In this document: positions 27,701 through 39,067 of the stretch, in pieces
Numbering within the stretch: position 1 is the stretch's first letter
Layout: every line of letters begins with the position of its first letter
Assembly (NCBI GenBank): GCA_002331145.1
Contig: DCYT01000002.1
Location: 23,337-87,336 of the forward strand
Length of the DNA: 64,000 nt
Origin: Candidatus Minusculum obligatum
GTDB taxonomy: Bacteria > Patescibacteriota > Minisyncoccia > Phycocordibacterales > Phycocordibacteraceae
Direction of reading: 5' to 3'
Position numbers and translations under genes: made by a program
Notes under the pieces: model-generated
Told to the model about the DNA's origin: nothing
The model's database searches: none
Seen by the model: only the letters and a program-made list of their open reading frames with translations

Positions 27701-27917
27701 TCTTGGATATGGATCAGCATATACGCTTCGCGAAATGCTAACCATCAAGTCAGATGACATTCAAGGACGATCAGCTGCCTTTGACGCAATCGTTAAGGGA
27801 GAGCCAATCACACAGCCAGGAACTCCAGCTTCATTCTCTGTATTGATGAATCAGCTGAAGGGACTTGCCCTAAATGTAGAGCTATTAGAAGAGGGCGATA
27901 GCGAAGAAACTAAGTAA
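24741..27917 (+). CDS. rpoB: RNA polymerase beta subunit
   Basis: FVINGVERV, RDVHPSHYGR.CP, GDKLAGRHGNKG and GGQRFGEME motifs. Confidence 0.99.
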   Translation: MAGLNQKHFGKYVEPRVDFPDLVLHQRESFKWLTKEGLGELFNEFSPIPDYSGKKFNLSFESFEVGEPKCTPEHAKGNKLTYDAPLRATVKLENKTFGGEKTQELFLADIPLMTEQGSFVINGVERVIVPQLARSFGVFFTSDIVRGHEQFGAKIIPARGAWAELESAPDGTIHVKIDRKRKFPVTTLLRVFGATRDKDMLDLVGKSSAAKEVIAKTLEEDPAKTPEDSFIEIHKRLRDGDLATAENAKEFINSIFSDERYDLSRVGRYRFNHRFNHSLAEKELDRRTLSLDDLIDIVINIAELNADPNATPDDIDDLGFRRVRFIGELLQQRMRVGMSRMKRNIQDRMSTIDAETTLPMQIINPRPLAASVKEFFTANQLSQFMDQQNILAELEHLRTLSALGPGGLSRERAGIEVRDVHPSHYGRLCPIHTPEGQNIGLILRMATHARTNDFGVIETAYAKVEKGIVQKDVVYLNAFDEKDFTIAHGAINVDDKGKISDEYVEARKGGEPTLVARNDIDLIDVSTYQMFSIATNMIPFVDHDDANRALMGSNMQKQATPCLIPEAPLVSTGIEEHAARNTGRLVLAQEAGEVVFVDARKIEVKNSKGKKQVYPLTTLTQTNQNSAFNHRPSVSLGDKVKKGDLLADASSSDHGQMALGQNARVAFMTWSGWNYEDAIIISEKLVQDHKFSTIHIEDFESVVRDTKLGAEVTTHDIPNVGELRLKNLDEEGIIRVGAEVRSGDILVGKVTPKGETQLTPEERLLRSIFGDKAKDVKDTSLRLEGGKRGRVIGVKVFSREQGDNLESGIIKKIVITVAQVRNVTVGDKLAGRHGNKGVISRVLPVEDMPYDKNGDPVDVILTPLGVPSRMNLGQILEMHLGLAANAGGYQAVVPAFGGATMAEIQDELEKEGFDRSGKQKLYDGRTGDSFAQDIAVGYMYILKLHHMVEDKIHMRSIGPYSLITQQPLGGKAQNGGQRFGEMEVWALLGYGSAYTLREMLTIKSDDIQGRSAAFDAIVKGEPITQPGTPASFSVLMNQLKGLALNVELLEEGDSEETK

Positions 27918-27918
27918 T

Positions 27919-30900
27919 ATGCCTATGCGAAAACGAAATAATCTACATACCTTCGACACAATGGCGATTTCAATCGCACCGCCTGAGAAAATTCTTGAGT
28001 GGAGTCATGGAGAGGTAACAAAGCCAGAGACAATCAACTACCGAACACAGCGCTCAGAAAAGCATGGTCTTTTCGATGAGAAAATCTTCGGACCTGAGAA
28101 GGATTACGAGTGTTACTGTGGAAAGTACAAGGGAATTCGATACAAGGGAATTATCTGTGATAAGTGTGGAGTAGAAATCACACGATCAGTAGTACGACGT
28201 GAGCGAATGGGACACATTGAGCTTGCTACACCTGTATCACACATTTGGTTCTTGCGAGCCCTTCCATCACGAATGGCAACAGTGCTTGGAATGACATCAG
28301 CTGACCTTGAGAAGGTTGTCTACTTTGCAGGGTATATCGTTACTTCAGTTGCAGAGGCTGAGAAAAATCGACTTATCGCTGAACTTGATAACGAGTTCCA
28401 GACAAAGTTTGCTGCTGCAAAAGAAGCTGCAGAGAAGGATCGTCTAAAAGAACTTGCAACAAATACTCGAAATGAAATCGACGGAATTGTTGTGGGACGA
28501 GTTCTTGATGAGGTTGATTATCACCGATTCTCAGTAAAGTACTCAACTCTATTTGAGGCTGAGATTGGAGCTGAGGCCGTATTTGAGATCTTCAAGAAAC
28601 TTGATCTTGTAAAGCTTAAGGAGGATCTTGAAGAGCGATTCCCGAAAGCTGGAGCACAGGAGAAAGAGAAGCTTACAAAGCGGATCTCACTTATTTCAAG
28701 CATGATCAAGTCAGGTGTTAAGCCTGAGTGGATGTTCCTAACACGAATCCCAGTTATCCCGCCCGCAATCCGTCCAATGGTTGCACTCGAAGGAGGAAGG
28801 CACGCTACATCTGATGTAAACGACTTATACCGTCGTGTGATTAACCGAAACAATCGATTAAAGAAGTTGATGGATATTCACGCACCGGAGGTTATTCTTC
28901 GAAACGAGAAGCGAATTCTTCAAGAGGCTGTTGACGCACTTCTTGATAACTCAATCCGAAGGGGGACTGGAGGAGCACTAAATGCTAGTCAGCGACGACC
29001 GCTTAAGTCTCTTACTGACTACCTAAAGGGAAAGCACGGATACTTTAGGCAGAACCTTCTAGGAAAGCGAGTAGATTACTCAGGGCGATCTGTGATTGTG
29101 GTTGGACCATCTCTTGAGCTTGATGAGTGTGGACTTCCAAAGCACATGGCGCTTGAGCTATTTAGACCATTTATTATTGCGAAGCTTCTCGAGCGAGAGC
29201 TCGCCTTTAACATCCGAGGAGCAGGACGTCTTATTGAAGACTCTGTTCCTGAGGTATGGGAGATTCTTGAAGAGGTAATTGAAGGAAAGTACGTAATGCT
29301 TAACCGTGCTCCTACACTTCACCGTCAGGGAATCCAGGCATTCCGCCCAACTCTAATTGAGGGAAATGCTATCCAGCTTCACCCTCTAGTTTGTCCTGCG
29401 TTTAACGCGGACTTCGATGGAGACCAGATGGCGGTTCACGTACCGCTTTCAGAGGAGGCACAGATGGAGGCACGGGAAATTATTTCTGCAAAGAAGAACG
29501 TTCTTAAGCCTGGGTCTGGAGATCCTGTGATCTCAATGAGTCACGATATTGCACTTGGAATCTACTGGATGACACGTGCAGTTGAGGGTGCGAAGGGAGA
29601 AGGAAAAGCATTTGAATCTCCAAATGCTGCAATTACAGCACATGACTATGGCGTAATTGATTTCCGCGCAAAGGTACACGTACTTCCTACAGAGGATAAT
29701 CCAAAGTACGCAATCTTTAATGGGGAGCGATTTGAGACAACAGTTGGTAGGCTTCTTGCAAACTCAATCTTCCCTAAGGACTATGACTACATTAATGATG
29801 ACATCAACAAGAAGCGACTTGGACAAATCATCAACCAGCTTATTGAGCGATATGGTATCGACAAGATTCCAAGTATTGCTGACAAGATCAAGAAGTTTGG
29901 ATTCAAGTACGCAACCGATGGAGGAGTTACGTGGAGTCTAAGTGACATTAAGGTTCCTGAAGAGAAGGAAGGAATTGTTAATGAAGCTATCGAAAAGGTA
30001 CAGGAGCTTCGAGATCAGTACGATAACGGACTTATTACTCGAGATGAGCGAAAGCGAATGAGTACTGAGATCTGGTATAAGGTAAAGGAGGATATTGAGA
30101 AGACACTTCCTGCGACACTTGAGGAGCATGGTTCAGTTGCAACTATGATGAACTCAGGAGCGCGAGGAACAATCTCAAACCTTTCACAGATGGCAGGAAT
30201 GAAGGGACTTGTAACAAACCCCAAGGGAGAAGTTATTGAGTTCCCGATTATCTCATCTATGAGCGAAGGATTTACTCCGGTTGAGTACTTTATGAGTACC
30301 CACGGATCTCGAAAGGGACTTGCCGATACAGCCCTTGGAACAGCGAAGGCCGGATACCTTACACGTCGTCTCTTTGATGTGGCTCAAGACGCTATCATTT
30401 CTGAGGTTGATTGTAAGACAAAGCAGGGAATCAAGATCTCACGAGAGAGTGCTTCAGGAATCCAGAAAGACTTTGCAGAAAGTATTGTTGGACGGAATCT
30501 TCTTGAGGAGCTTAAGGATAAGAAGGGCAAGGTGCTATTCCCGAAGGGACACCTTATTACTCACCCTGATGCTCGTGTTATCGAGGAGTCAGATGTTGAC
30601 GAGCTAATGGCTCGGTCTCCAATGACATGTACTGCAAATCATGGAATTTGTCAGAAGTGTTATGGATCAGACCTAACTACTCGAGAAGAGATTGATCTTG
30701 GAGAGGCAGTAGGAACAATCGCCGCTCAAGCGATTGGAGAGCCAGGAACACAGCTAACCATGCGTACATTCCACGCCGGAGGTATTGCGGCAGCTGGAGG
30801 AGATATTACACAAGGACTTCCACGTGTAGAGGAGATGTTTGATAAGCGTCATCCAAAATCTCCTGCTGTTATCGCATCATGTTCTGGAACTGTTATTGAG

Positions 30901-31635
30901 GTAAATAACGAAGTTGGAGCAAAGACTATTGTTGTAGCTCCTGAGATTGGAGAGGAGAAGGGAGGAAAGAAGAACGACAGCGTTACCTTCAAGGTACTTC
31001 CTGCTCGTCTTCCTCTTGTGAAGGTTGGAGACAAGATTGAGAAGGGTCAGTTCCTAACTGACGGATCAGCTGATCTTCCAGATCTCTTCAAGTATGCAGG
31101 ACGTGAGGCAACACAAAACTATGTGATTTCTGAGGTAAGTAAGATTTACGAGCTTCAGGGAGCGCCAGTTTCTCACAAGCACATCGAGGTAATCATTCGT
31201 CAGATGTTCTCACGAATGAAGATTACCGAGGCAGGTGATGCGTCACTATCTCGAGGAGATGTGATCTCACAAGGTGAGTTTGCAGAACTTACTGCAAAAG
31301 CAAAGGAGGCAGGAACAGATGCGCCAAAGGCAGATCATCTTGTTTCTGGAATTACCGATGTAGCGCTTACAAGAAAGAGCTTCCTATCAGCTGCATCCTT
31401 CCAGCACACAACAAAGGTGCTTATCAACGCATCAGTGCGAGGGGCAACAGATACTCTACGAGGACTCAAAGAGAACGTTATTATCGGACGTCTTATCCCT
31501 GCAGGAACAGGATTCAAGGGATCTAAGAAGCAGGTGATGATCAAAGAGCTTCAGGACGAGAGAGACGTACGAGTAGCTCAAATACGAGCAGAGCGAGAGG
31601 CTCGAGAGGCAGAGGAGACAGAAACAACAAAGTAA
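27919..31635 (+). CDS. rpoC: RNA polymerase beta' subunit
   Basis: [21 protein letters not shown] and [13 protein letters not shown] motifs; Zn-ribbon Cys retained. Confidence 0.99.
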   Translation: MPMRKRNNLHTFDTMAISIAPPEKILEWSHGEVTKPETINYRTQRSEKHGLFDEKIFGPEKDYECYCGKYKGIRYKGIICDKCGVEITRSVVRRERMGHIELATPVSHIWFLRALPSRMATVLGMTSADLEKVVYFAGYIVTSVAEAEKNRLIAELDNEFQTKFAAAKEAAEKDRLKELATNTRNEIDGIVVGRVLDEVDYHRFSVKYSTLFEAEIGAEAVFEIFKKLDLVKLKEDLEERFPKAGAQEKEKLTKRISLISSMIKSGVKPEWMFLTRIPVIPPAIRPMVALEGGRHATSDVNDLYRRVINRNNRLKKLMDIHAPEVILRNEKRILQEAVDALLDNSIRRGTGGALNASQRRPLKSLTDYLKGKHGYFRQNLLGKRVDYSGRSVIVVGPSLELDECGLPKHMALELFRPFIIAKLLERELAFNIRGAGRLIEDSVPEVWEILEEVIEGKYVMLNRAPTLHRQGIQAFRPTLIEGNAIQLHPLVCPAFNADFDGDQMAVHVPLSEEAQMEAREIISAKKNVLKPGSGDPVISMSHDIALGIYWMTRAVEGAKGEGKAFESPNAAITAHDYGVIDFRAKVHVLPTEDNPKYAIFNGERFETTVGRLLANSIFPKDYDYINDDINKKRLGQIINQLIERYGIDKIPSIADKIKKFGFKYATDGGVTWSLSDIKVPEEKEGIVNEAIEKVQELRDQYDNGLITRDERKRMSTEIWYKVKEDIEKTLPATLEEHGSVATMMNSGARGTISNLSQMAGMKGLVTNPKGEVIEFPIISSMSEGFTPVEYFMSTHGSRKGLADTALGTAKAGYLTRRLFDVAQDAIISEVDCKTKQGIKISRESASGIQKDFAESIVGRNLLEELKDKKGKVLFPKGHLITHPDARVIEESDVDELMARSPMTCTANHGICQKCYGSDLTTREEIDLGEAVGTIAAQAIGEPGTQLTMRTFHAGGIAAAGGDITQGLPRVEEMFDKRHPKSPAVIASCSGTVIEVNNEVGAKTIVVAPEIGEEKGGKKNDSVTFKVLPARLPLVKVGDKIEKGQFLTDGSADLPDLFKYAGREATQNYVISEVSKIYELQGAPVSHKHIEVIIRQMFSRMKITEAGDASLSRGDVISQGEFAELTAKAKEAGTDAPKADHLVSGITDVALTRKSFLSAASFQHTTKVLINASVRGATDTLRGLKENVIIGRLIPAGTGFKGSKKQVMIKELQDERDVRVAQIRAEREAREAEETETTK

Positions 31636-31638
31636 TCT

Positions 31639-33306
31639 ATGGCATCAAAAACGATCGAAGACATCAAAAATAAACTTTCGATCGTTGATGTTGTAACGCC
31701 ATACGTAAAACTCATTAAGGCAGGGAGGTATCAGAAAGGACTTTCTCCTTTCACCAAAGAAAAGACACCGTCATTTTTTGTTTCTCCCGATAGAGGTACG
31801 TACCATTGCTTTAGCAGCAATCAAGGTGGCGACATATTCACGTTCATTGAAAAGATGGAAGGAGTGGACTTTAAGGGTGCGCTCAAGATCCTTGCAGATA
31901 AAGCAGGTGTTGAGATTGTGTACGAAGCAAAAGGAAAGAAAGATGCTCGAGACAATCTCTACCAAGCTGTTGCATTAGCTGAGCAGTTCTACAAAGAGCA
32001 GCTACAAGCAAGTGATACTGCAAAAGAGTATGCAAAGGGTCGTGGAATCACTGGAGAAACTGCACGTGACTGGGGGATAGGGTATGCGCCAGATGACTGG
32101 CGAACCTTCCTCACTTACGCTGAAGGAAAAGGAATAAGTATTCCAATTCTTCTTAATGCGGGTCTCATCAAAGAATCTGATGGAAAGAAAGGAACGTACT
32201 ATGACAGATTTCGGAACAGACTTATGTTTCCGATTCGTGACATAGCTGGACGTACAGTTGGATTCTCAGGACGTACTCTAAGTACTGACAAAGACGAAGC
32301 AAAGTACTTAAATAGTCCAGAAACAGATATCTACAAGAAATCAGAACTTCTCTATGGCTTGGATAAAGCCAAACAAGAAATTCGAACTCGTGGGTATGTG
32401 CTTGTTGTAGAGGGGCAGATGGATTTGATGCTTTGCCATCAGGCAGGGTTTCTAAATACCATCGCACTCTCAGGAACTGCATTTACACAGACGCAGATGA
32501 GTCTCATCATGCGCTTTGCAAAGAATGTAATGCTTGCGCTTGATAGCGATAAGGCAGGAATTACCTCGGCTGAAAAAAGTGCAGCGCTTGCAATCTCTAT
32601 GGGGTGCAAGGTGAAGGTGGTTCCTATGCCAGAGGGTGAGGATCCTGCAGACATAATCGTAAAAGATGAAAAAGTCTTTGCGGATATGGTGGCAAAATCA
32701 GTACATATTATTGATTTCCTCACAGCGCACTACATGCATCTTGGGAAAGACACACGGGGTGCCCTAGAGCTTGTAGAGCAACATGTGATTCCACTCATTA
32801 AGGCAATTCCAAGTCCTATTGAGCGAGAGCACTTCGTAAAAGAAGTTGCAGGCATGCTCGATGTCTCATCGACATCAGTACTTGAATCAGTGAATTCAGC
32901 AACTGTTACGCCAAATACACAAGCTGTAGAGGTGAATGTTGCGCCAGCTTCTGTGGAAGTTGAGGACCAGGCAACAAAGAGAGTTCTCACACTCTCAGCC
33001 CTAACTATCCTTTATAAAGAACACCCTGCTATTTCAAGAATAGAAGAGGTGCTCAAAAAGTATGGTGGGAAGGTTGAGACTCCAGAGAAAACTCTCTTTG
33101 AGACAGAACAAGTATTTGGAGAGAATCCAAAGGAAGAAGACATTGAACTTTTTGCCACAGAGTGTGAAAAGGAGTTCATAAAAAACGAACTTGCAGATGC
33201 AGTCCAGAAACTGCGTCTTGCAGAGAAGGAGAGAGATGAGAAGTTGGTTGATGAGCTTTCTGCAAAAGTTGCAGAGCTCACAGGTACACTTCGAACATAT
33301 TCATAA
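31639..33306 (+). CDS. dnaG: DNA primase
   Basis: [25 protein letters not shown] and Toprim VEG.MD / D.D.AG motifs. Confidence 0.97.
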   Translation: MASKTIEDIKNKLSIVDVVTPYVKLIKAGRYQKGLSPFTKEKTPSFFVSPDRGTYHCFSSNQGGDIFTFIEKMEGVDFKGALKILADKAGVEIVYEAKGKKDARDNLYQAVALAEQFYKEQLQASDTAKEYAKGRGITGETARDWGIGYAPDDWRTFLTYAEGKGISIPILLNAGLIKESDGKKGTYYDRFRNRLMFPIRDIAGRTVGFSGRTLSTDKDEAKYLNSPETDIYKKSELLYGLDKAKQEIRTRGYVLVVEGQMDLMLCHQAGFLNTIALSGTAFTQTQMSLIMRFAKNVMLALDSDKAGITSAEKSAALAISMGCKVKVVPMPEGEDPADIIVKDEKVFADMVAKSVHIIDFLTAHYMHLGKDTRGALELVEQHVIPLIKAIPSPIEREHFVKEVAGMLDVSSTSVLESVNSATVTPNTQAVEVNVAPASVEVEDQATKRVLTLSALTILYKEHPAISRIEEVLKKYGGKVETPEKTLFETEQVFGENPKEEDIELFATECEKEFIKNELADAVQKLRLAEKERDEKLVDELSAKVAELTGTLRTYS

Positions 33307-34583
33307 TGGCTACAAAGAAAACAACAAAAAAAGTAGTAAAAAAAAGCGTTACCAAAACGCCTAAAGCGGCAGCTGCACGTAAGTCAGCACCAAAAAAACC
33401 GGCAGCAACTAAAAAGACTGCGGTAAAGAAAACAACAACAAAGAAGGTAGTAAAGAAAGCAGCACCTAAGAAAGCTCCTGCTAAAAAACCAGCAGCTCCA
33501 AGAGGAAAAGCTGCAAAGATGCTCAAGCAGGCAGAGATGCTTGTAGACAAGGGGCGAGCGCGAGGATACGTAACATATAGCGAAATTCTTCGTGAGTTCC
33601 CAGAGATTGAGAAAGACATTGTCTTTCTTGAGGAACTGTATGAGCGATTTAATACAGTTGGTGTTGATGTGCTTGAAGGTGGAGGAATGCTTGAAAATGA
33701 TGCTGATGAGTATCTTCAGAATCGAAATGTATACAGAAAGGGAGAGGGGGGAGGATATGACTCAATTCAGATTTACCTTCGGGAAATCGGACAGTATCCA
33801 CTTCTAAATGCGGCGCAAGAGCGTGAACTTGCAAAGCGTATTGTAGAGGGCGATGAAGAAGCAAAGCATATTCTTGCACGAAGTAACCTACGTCTTGTAG
33901 TTTCTATTGCAAAGAAGTATGCAAACCGAAGTCCAGACCTTACACTTCTTGATCTTATTCAGGAAGGAAACATTGGACTATATAAGGCGGTAGAGAAGTT
34001 TGACTACACAAAGGGGTATAAGTTCTCAACATATGCTACTTGGTGGATTCGTCAGGCTATTACACGTGCGCTAGCCGATCAGTCACGAACCATTCGTATT
34101 CCGGTACACATGGTTGAGACAATTGCTAAGTACAAGCAGGTTTCTCGGCGTCTCTCACAGGCTCTTGGACGTGATCCTATGCCAGAGGAGATCTCAGTTG
34201 AGATGAATGTAGATGTAGAGAAGATTTATCAGATTGAGAAGATTAATCAAGACACTCTTTCACTTGAGAATCCTGTGGGGTCTGATGATGATGAGAAGTC
34301 TACACTCGGAGACTTTATCGCAGACGATAAACTTCCAACTCCAGATAAGGATACGTCAGAGCGAATCCTATCTGAGCAGCTTGAGGATATTCTCGATGAT
34401 CTTTCTGAGAAGGAGCGAAAGATTCTCGAGATGCGACACGGGCTAGCCGATGGTGTGTATCATACACTTGAGGAGGTAGGAAAAGAATTTGGTGTTACGC
34501 GAGAGCGTATTCGTCAGATTGAGGCCAAGGCACTTGAGAAGATTCGAAGTCATGAAAAATCTCGAAGACTAAAGAGTTATTAG
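33306..34583 (+). CDS. rpoD: Primary sigma factor with Lys/Ala-rich N-terminal extension
   Basis: [32 protein letters not shown] and TRERIRQIE motifs. Confidence 0.97.
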   Translation: MATKKTTKKVVKKSVTKTPKAAAARKSAPKKPAATKKTAVKKTTTKKVVKKAAPKKAPAKKPAAPRGKAAKMLKQAEMLVDKGRARGYVTYSEILREFPEIEKDIVFLEELYERFNTVGVDVLEGGGMLENDADEYLQNRNVYRKGEGGGYDSIQIYLREIGQYPLLNAAQERELAKRIVEGDEEAKHILARSNLRLVVSIAKKYANRSPDLTLLDLIQEGNIGLYKAVEKFDYTKGYKFSTYATWWIRQAITRALADQSRTIRIPVHMVETIAKYKQVSRRLSQALGRDPMPEEISVEMNVDVEKIYQIEKINQDTLSLENPVGSDDDEKSTLGDFIADDKLPTPDKDTSERILSEQLEDILDDLSEKERKILEMRHGLADGVYHTLEEVGKEFGVTRERIRQIEAKALEKIRSHEKSRRLKSY

Positions 34584-34600
34584 TCTCTGTAAAGAAGATA

Positions 34601-34630
34601 AGGAACAGCCACTTTTTAGTGGCTGTTCCT
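34601..34630 (+). terminator. Hairpin terminator
   Basis: AGGAACAGCCACT-tttt-AGTGGCTGTTCCT. Confidence 0.75.
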
Positions 34631-34645
34631 GTATAATGCCCCTAT

Positions 34646-37564
34646 ATGAATCTCTTTGAGGAGGCGTACAAAAGGCTTAATAAAGACCAGAAAAGGGCCG
34701 TGGATACGATTGAGGGGCCTGTAATGGTGATTGCAGGGCCTGGAACGGGAAAGACACAGATTCTTACCCTTCGTATTGCAAATATCCTCAAAAACACTGA
34801 TACACCTCCATCTGCTATTCTTGCTCTTACCTATACAGATGCGGGGGTAAATGCGATGCGAGAGCGCCTTGTGCAGTTTATTGGTACCGAAGCGTACCTT
34901 GTGCGTATCCATACATATCACTCATTTGCAGAGAGTTTAATAAAAGAATATGGAGAGCATCTAGAGCGTTTGCGAGATGGAATGCTTGCAGATGATGTGG
35001 ATCAAAGAGAAATACTTGAGAGGGCTTTTGATTCAGTCTCAGCACCACTTCTAACAAGTAGAGGAGATGCATACAGGGGAATAAAAGAAGTTGTAAGGTT
35101 TATCGATACTGCAAAGCGAGAGCTCTACACTCCAGAGAAACTTTTGAAGGAATATAAAGAAGATGAAGAGAGGATACGAAACCTGGAAGATTTTGAACAT
35201 GTAAAAGGTGCGCACAAAGGAAAGGTGAAGGCGGAATACTTAAAGGCACTCGCAAAGATTGAGAAAAATACTCAAGCTACAGAAATTTATAAAGCGTATG
35301 AAGATATTCTTCGAAGAGAAAATCGATATGATTATCAGGATCTTTTGCTTGAGTTAGTCGCAGCTCTAAAAGAGAATCAAGAATTTAAACAAATTCTTCA
35401 AGAGCAATTCTTATATTTCCTTGCAGATGAGCACCAGGATGCAAATGCAACACAGAATGAAATCTTGCTGGAGCTGGCAGACTTTCACGATTCACCAAAT
35501 GTATTTGTGGTGGGAGATGAGAAGCAGGCGATCTATAGATTTCAAGGAGCAGACCTTGATACCTTCCTAACACTCAAGGAGCGATATCAAAATGCAGAAG
35601 TTATTTTGCTTGAGACAAACTATCGATCAACCCAAGAGGTGCTTGATACAGCACATGAGCTTATATCAAAAGCTCCAATTCCAGATGAGAGTCTTCGAAA
35701 GGAACTTGGTGCACATCACGGAAGTGGAGCTAAGGTACGTGTGTGTAAAGCTCACGATGGTGAGGATGAGCTCTCACAAGTTGTTGGATATATAGAAAAG
35801 CTTCTAAAAGAAGGAGTAAGTGAGAAGGATGTTGCGGTACTTGTGCGAAACAATGCAGATGCATCTATTGTTGCTGGTGCATGTATGCGAGCAAAAATCC
35901 CTTTTACTATTATGGCGAAAGAGAATGTGCTAAAGAGTGCGTTTGCAAAACTCTACATTAATTTACTCCGTGCTATTTGGGATGGAGATACTATCGCACT
36001 AACTAAAGCACTCTTTCTCCCAGGGATTGTAAGCGATGGCACAGACAGGTTGAAACTCATCGAAGCTCTTAGGAAAACAAAGAAAAACCTTCTTAAAGAT
36101 ATAGATGAGAGCAAGTTCTCAGAAAAAGAAGAAATAAAGAAATTAAAAGAAGTGTTTGCTGAACTTCATGAAGAAGTGCACGCATTTCCTGCGGCCCGTG
36201 TAGTTCCGCATATTATTTCAAAACTAAACATTGTATCTGGAATAACGAAGAGACTTGATGCCCAAGAACTTTATGGAATTCTTCAGGCACTACTACACGA
36301 TGTAGAGAAATTTGCCGGCGCATATCCCGGATCTGACATAGGAGCATATCTTGAGAGGGTAGATTTAATTGAAAAGCATGAGCTTTCTGTTATCTCAACA
36401 AAGAAAGAGGTACGAGGTATTCAAATAATGACCGCGCATAGTTCAAAAGGTCTTGAGTTTCCATATGTAATTATTCCTTTTGCTACTGATAGAAGGTATG
36501 GAAAGAAGCGGGCGAATGAGCTATCAGTTCCAGGATCATTAATCCAAGAAGAGCACGATGAGCGAAGACTTTTGTATGTGGCACTTACCCGTGCAGAAAA
36601 AGAAGCGCTTATTACCTATGCTGCAAGGAATGCTTTGGGAAGAGAGGAAACTCCAACAAGGTTTATTCATGACATGGGTGAGCTGCTAGAGGATATGGAG
36701 AGTTTTGAAACAACACTGCCATTAGTTGCAGAGGAGGAGCGAACATCACTTATTGATACTTCATACATAAAAGACAGGCTTCTAGAATCTGGAATGTCAG
36801 CAACAGCATACGGAAACTACAAAGCATCTCCATGGAAGTATTTCTTTAGAAATCTTCTAAGGCTTCCAGAGGGGAAGACACTGCCACTTATTTATGGATC
36901 TGCAGTGCATGCTGCGCTGGAGGAAGCGGGAAATCAATCCCTTGCAAAGGGAGAGTTTGATATCAAAGAAGTAGAGAAGCTTTTTGAAGAGAAGATGCAG
37001 TCTTCTGATCTAACTGAAAAAGAAAGAAAAGAATATACGCCAATAGGAAAGAAAGTTCTGAAGGAATATTTAGAACAGACAACGCTTCCAAAAGAAGGGA
37101 AGACAGAGTTTTCAGTTTCAGCACCATTTGAGATTCCAGGAGTTGGGACGCTAACCATTCGAGGAAATCTCGATCGACTAGATATCGTTGATGGATCTTC
37201 TGTACGTGTAGTTGATTACAAGACAGGGAAGCCAAAGAGTGAGAATGAGATTAAAGGATTAACTGCAAATGGTGATCCTTCGTACTACGTGCAGCTTATG
37301 TTCTACGCATTGCTTCTAAAGCACGACCCATCACACTTATACAATATGAAAGAGGGGGTGCTTGAGTTTGTAGAGCCAAATGCAACAAGGAAGTATGTGT
37401 CTCGATCTTTTGTAATTGATGAGAAGGAGCTCTCAGAATTTGAGGAGGTCTTTAAGAAAGACCTTGCTGATATAGCAAGCGGCGCATTTTTGAATGCGCC
37501 GCTTAGCGATGACTACAAAGAGTTAGTCGAAATGATTAGCTTGAAGAAAGAATCTGGTCAATAA
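34646..37564 (+). CDS. UvrD/PcrA-like helicase fused to a PD-(D/E)XK nuclease (AddA/AdnAB-like)
   Basis: AGPGTGKT, DEHQD, VGDEKQAIY, NYRS, T.H.SKGLE, YVALTRA; C-terminal G.LDRLD...VDYKTG...QL.FY. Confidence 0.9.
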   Translation: MNLFEEAYKRLNKDQKRAVDTIEGPVMVIAGPGTGKTQILTLRIANILKNTDTPPSAILALTYTDAGVNAMRERLVQFIGTEAYLVRIHTYHSFAESLIKEYGEHLERLRDGMLADDVDQREILERAFDSVSAPLLTSRGDAYRGIKEVVRFIDTAKRELYTPEKLLKEYKEDEERIRNLEDFEHVKGAHKGKVKAEYLKALAKIEKNTQATEIYKAYEDILRRENRYDYQDLLLELVAALKENQEFKQILQEQFLYFLADEHQDANATQNEILLELADFHDSPNVFVVGDEKQAIYRFQGADLDTFLTLKERYQNAEVILLETNYRSTQEVLDTAHELISKAPIPDESLRKELGAHHGSGAKVRVCKAHDGEDELSQVVGYIEKLLKEGVSEKDVAVLVRNNADASIVAGACMRAKIPFTIMAKENVLKSAFAKLYINLLRAIWDGDTIALTKALFLPGIVSDGTDRLKLIEALRKTKKNLLKDIDESKFSEKEEIKKLKEVFAELHEEVHAFPAARVVPHIISKLNIVSGITKRLDAQELYGILQALLHDVEKFAGAYPGSDIGAYLERVDLIEKHELSVISTKKEVRGIQIMTAHSSKGLEFPYVIIPFATDRRYGKKRANELSVPGSLIQEEHDERRLLYVALTRAEKEALITYAARNALGREETPTRFIHDMGELLEDMESFETTLPLVAEEERTSLIDTSYIKDRLLESGMSATAYGNYKASPWKYFFRNLLRLPEGKTLPLIYGSAVHAALEEAGNQSLAKGEFDIKEVEKLFEEKMQSSDLTEKERKEYTPIGKKVLKEYLEQTTLPKEGKTEFSVSAPFEIPGVGTLTIRGNLDRLDIVDGSSVRVVDYKTGKPKSENEIKGLTANGDPSYYVQLMFYALLLKHDPSHLYNMKEGVLEFVEPNATRKYVSRSFVIDEKELSEFEEVFKKDLADIASGAFLNAPLSDDYKELVEMISLKKESGQ

Positions 37565-38225
37565 CTCCTTTCATTTGCTCATACGGTAGAGCGCTTGAGA
37601 AGCTAACTGGTTCCTCTCCTTCCATAATAACGATGTTAAATGGAGTTCCTGTTCCTCCAGCCTCAACTGCTGTGTTGAATGAGTTCTGTACTTTCTCTGT
37701 GTACTTTCCGCTTGCAACACATGCATCGAGTGCTTCTTTTGATACACCAACCTGTTCTGCGTACTCTCCGTACTTACTTGGATCGGTTTGTTGATTTCCT
37801 GGTGCGTTCTCAAATAGAACATCAAGGAAGCTCCAGAATGAATCATTTCCTCCAAGTTCCGCTACACACTCAGCAGCTTCTGCATGCTTTGCTGCATTTG
37901 GGTGAATAGATGATAGAGGGAAGTGTCGGTATACCCATGCCACGTCTCCTGATGGACCATACTCATCAATGATTTGCTTCATTGTCTCATGGAAGTTCTT
38001 ACAGAACGGACAATCAATATCTGAGTACTCAATAATAGTAATTTTCGCATTAGGACTTCCTAGGATGTGATCATCCTCTGTAATTGGAAGTACAACACTC
38101 ACATCAGCTTCCTGCTGATTATTTGGGTTTTGTGGAGCCTGTTCATTAAAGAATACTGCTCCTGCAATCAGCAGTCCTGCCACTACTATCGCTCCTGGAA
38201 TCGCAAATTTAGCCATATATTTCAA
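37536..38225 (-). CDS. DsbA-family thiol-disulfide oxidoreductase
   Basis: TM anchor, YSD.DCPFC, YRHFPL, GTP cis-Pro loop. Confidence 0.92.
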   Translation of the reverse strand: MKYMAKFAIPGAIVVAGLLIAGAVFFNEQAPQNPNNQQEADVSVVLPITEDDHILGSPNAKITIIEYSDIDCPFCKNFHETMKQIIDEYGPSGDVAWVYRHFPLSSIHPNAAKHAEAAECVAELGGNDSFWSFLDVLFENAPGNQQTDPSKYGEYAEQVGVSKEALDACVASGKYTEKVQNSFNTAVEAGGTGTPFNIVIMEGEEPVSFSSALPYEQMKGVIDQILSSS

Positions 38226-38242
38226 TCTTATCGTGCTATTAT

Positions 38243-39067
38243 ATGGGCCAGTATACCATGGAAGTTTTTACAGCCATCATCCTTGGTCTTATCCAAGGAA
38301 TCACAGAATTTCTCCCAATTTCGTCAACCGGACACCTTGTTTTGGTGCAAGAATTCTTAGGAGTATCTGATATTTACGGGCTTTCTTTTGATGCAATCTT
38401 ACACCTTGCTACTGCCTTGGCTGTTGGAATCTACTTTTTTAAAGATTTTCTAAAGATTGCCTATGCATTTCTTTATAGAATTACAGGTCGTCCAGTTGTA
38501 AAAGAGGATGAGACAATGCTCTTGCTTCTCATTATCGGAACTATTCCAGCTGCAGCATTGGGATTTTATTTAGAAGATTACATGGATACCATCTTCCGGA
38601 ATCCTGTTTTGGTTGCCTGGACACTTATCTTGGGAGCCCTTATCTTCCTTTTGGCTGAGTGGGTGGGGAAGCGATATCAGGAGCAAGAAGAAGTTCCTAC
38701 AAAAATGAAAGCACTTTGGATTGGATTCTTCCAAGCGCTCGCCCTTATTCCAGGAATGAGTCGCTCTGGTATGACAATCTCAGGAGGATTGATGCTTGGT
38801 CTTACAAGAGAGGCTGCAGCACGCTTTGGATTTATGTTGGCTTTTCCAATTATCCTTGGATCTGGAGGAAAGAAGTTTCTCGATCTTCTAAATGCTGGAA
38901 CTTTTGATGCAAATATTGCTCCAATATTCTGGGGAGCAGTTGCAGCGTTTGTAAGTGGGCTTTTGGTTATTCATTACCTTCTAAAATTCCTGCGAAATCA
39001 TTCGCTTACTGTATTTGCGGTGTATAGAATACTATTGGCAATAGTTGTGCTTGTTTGGTTTGTCTAA
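38243..39067 (+). CDS. uppP: Undecaprenyl-diphosphate phosphatase
   Basis: QGITEFLPISSTGH and PGMSRSG.TI motifs. Confidence 0.97.
   Translation: MGQYTMEVFTAIILGLIQGITEFLPISSTGHLVLVQEFLGVSDIYGLSFDAILHLATALAVGIYFFKDFLKIAYAFLYRITGRPVVKEDETMLLLLIIGTIPAAALGFYLEDYMDTIFRNPVLVAWTLILGALIFLLAEWVGKRYQEQEEVPTKMKALWIGFFQALALIPGMSRSGMTISGGLMLGLTREAAARFGFMLAFPIILGSGGKKFLDLLNAGTFDANIAPIFWGAVAAFVSGLLVIHYLLKFLRNHSLTVFAVYRILLAIVVLVWFV

Noticed and set aside
11356-31635. Inteins or introns in dnaE, rpoB, rpoC
   Set aside because: Lengths are normal or compact, with no intein or homing-endonuclease motifs.
34646-37564. Helicase-nuclease as an anti-phage defence system
   Set aside because: Single gene with host-like codon use in housekeeping context; DNA repair (AddA/AdnAB-like) is more parsimonious.
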